Shown: positions 62,940 through 64,000 of the stretch, one piece after another
How the letters are laid out: each line of letters starts with the position of its first letter
Position numbering within the stretch: position 1 is the stretch's first letter
Source: Haliotis cracherodii
Lineage: Eukaryota
Assembly (NCBI RefSeq): GCF_022045235.1
Contig: NW_027266266.1
Location: 23,994,001 to 24,058,000 of the forward strand
Reading direction: 5' to 3'
Length of the DNA: 64,000 nucleotides
Notes under the pieces: generated by a model
What the model was told of the DNA's origin: nothing
Seen by the model: only the letters and a program-made list of their open reading frames with translations
Databases searched by the model: none
Made by a program: the position numbers and the translations under genes

Positions 62940-64000
62940 AACTAGTGTCCAAAAGAAACGATACCAACTTATTTTCAAAATTGTTTTTTACTAAGTGAAT
63001 TGTCTAGTATGAAAACATGCCAATTCGTATTGCACATCCCAAACACAGCATAGTCGATAAAAAATACCGGGAACACGTGATCACTTCCGGGAAAAAACGT
63101 AAATTTCGTGAAAGTGACATTTTCCCTCTCTAGCATGTTCTGCACGTGCATAAAAAAACAGTATAAAACGGCTGATCAGACACGTTGATATCACAGCAAC
63201 AAAAAGAACACAAGATATGCCACGTTTGACAGCCATCGAGAGAGAGAGAGAGCCGTTGGAATGGTCCAACAAGGAGCGTCACACGTCGACGTCGCCAGAA
63301 GGTTGGGCTGCGCACGCATCACTATCACCAGGTTGATGCAGCGGTAACGTCAGACAGGTCAGACGTCAGACAGGCCCAGGAGTGAAAGACCACGAGTAAC
63401 CACGCCCCGTGAAGATCGTTAGATCCGGGTATTACACCTGAGGAACCGCACCGTAACAGCGACGTCCACGGCGGCTACAGCACTGGGACACATGATCAGT
63501 CGACAGACCGTCTACAGGAGACTACGGCAGTATGGTATCCGGCCACGTCATCCCTACCGCGGACCGCTCCAGACGCCTCGACACCGGAACAACAGACTGA
63601 TCTGGGCCAGGCGAGTTCGACGTTGGCAACGGCGGGACTGGGCACGTGTTATGTTCTCTGATGAGAGCAGATTCCTCATCTTCAGAAACGATGGACGGCA
63701 GCTTGTATACCGACGATTTGGTGAACGTTTGGCGCCTAACTGTATCCAACAGGTCCGGCCGTTTGGAGGTGGAGGGTTAATGGTTTGGGGTGGCATATGT
63801 GGTGACGTCAAAACGATGCTTGTCGTAATTCATGGAAACCTGAATGCACAGCGTTATCTTGATGACATCCTACGGCCTGTTGTGGTGCCCTTTATTCAGC
63901 AACAGCCTCGTGGACTCCTTTTCCAACATGACAATGCAAGGCCACACACAGCAAGATTGACACAGAACTTCCTTGCCAACGCCAACGTACAGGTTTTGCC
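62940..64000 (+). mobile_element. Tc1 transposon, runs off the window end
   Basis: TA plus TIR-like AACTAGTGTCCAAAAGAAACG, followed by transposase sequence. Confidence 0.88.
63217..64000 (+). pseudogene. Tc1 transposase pseudogene
   Basis: MPRLTAIERER..., WARVMFSDESRF, MVWGGI, FQHDNARPHTA; frameshift in a (GA)n run and in-frame stops at 63345 (TAA) and 63420 (TAG). Confidence 0.92.

Overview
Repeat-rich animal genomic DNA, probably molluscan (abalone/Haliotis-like, inferred only from the SINE repertoire). It has two N gaps (22880-23031, 33171-33303). Two spliced protein-coding genes can be built by hand, both on +. (1) A two-exon LHFPL7/TMEM211-like tetraspan gene: 35457-35820 + 53039-53253, 192 aa, 17.2-kb intron. 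(2) A two-exon gene for a 142-aa secreted, cysteine-containing protein I do not recognise: 10135-10213 + 15858-16207. It has a TATA box, a phase-matched GT-AG intron and AATAAA; the ORF track misses its second exon. The rest is mobile DNA and tandem repeats: four SINE families (here A-D) sharing a 3' module, a decayed LINE RT, a Penelope-like RT fragment, two dead Tc1 elements, several MITEs (one with 9-bp TSDs) and about ten mini/microsatellite arrays. The most interesting signals are the orphan secreted gene, a tRNA-less SINE whose 5' head shows compensatory base-pair changes (candidate structured or self-cleaving RNA), and kilobase minisatellites whose monomers match pieces of the local SINEs. 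All alignments were made by eye and no database search was run.
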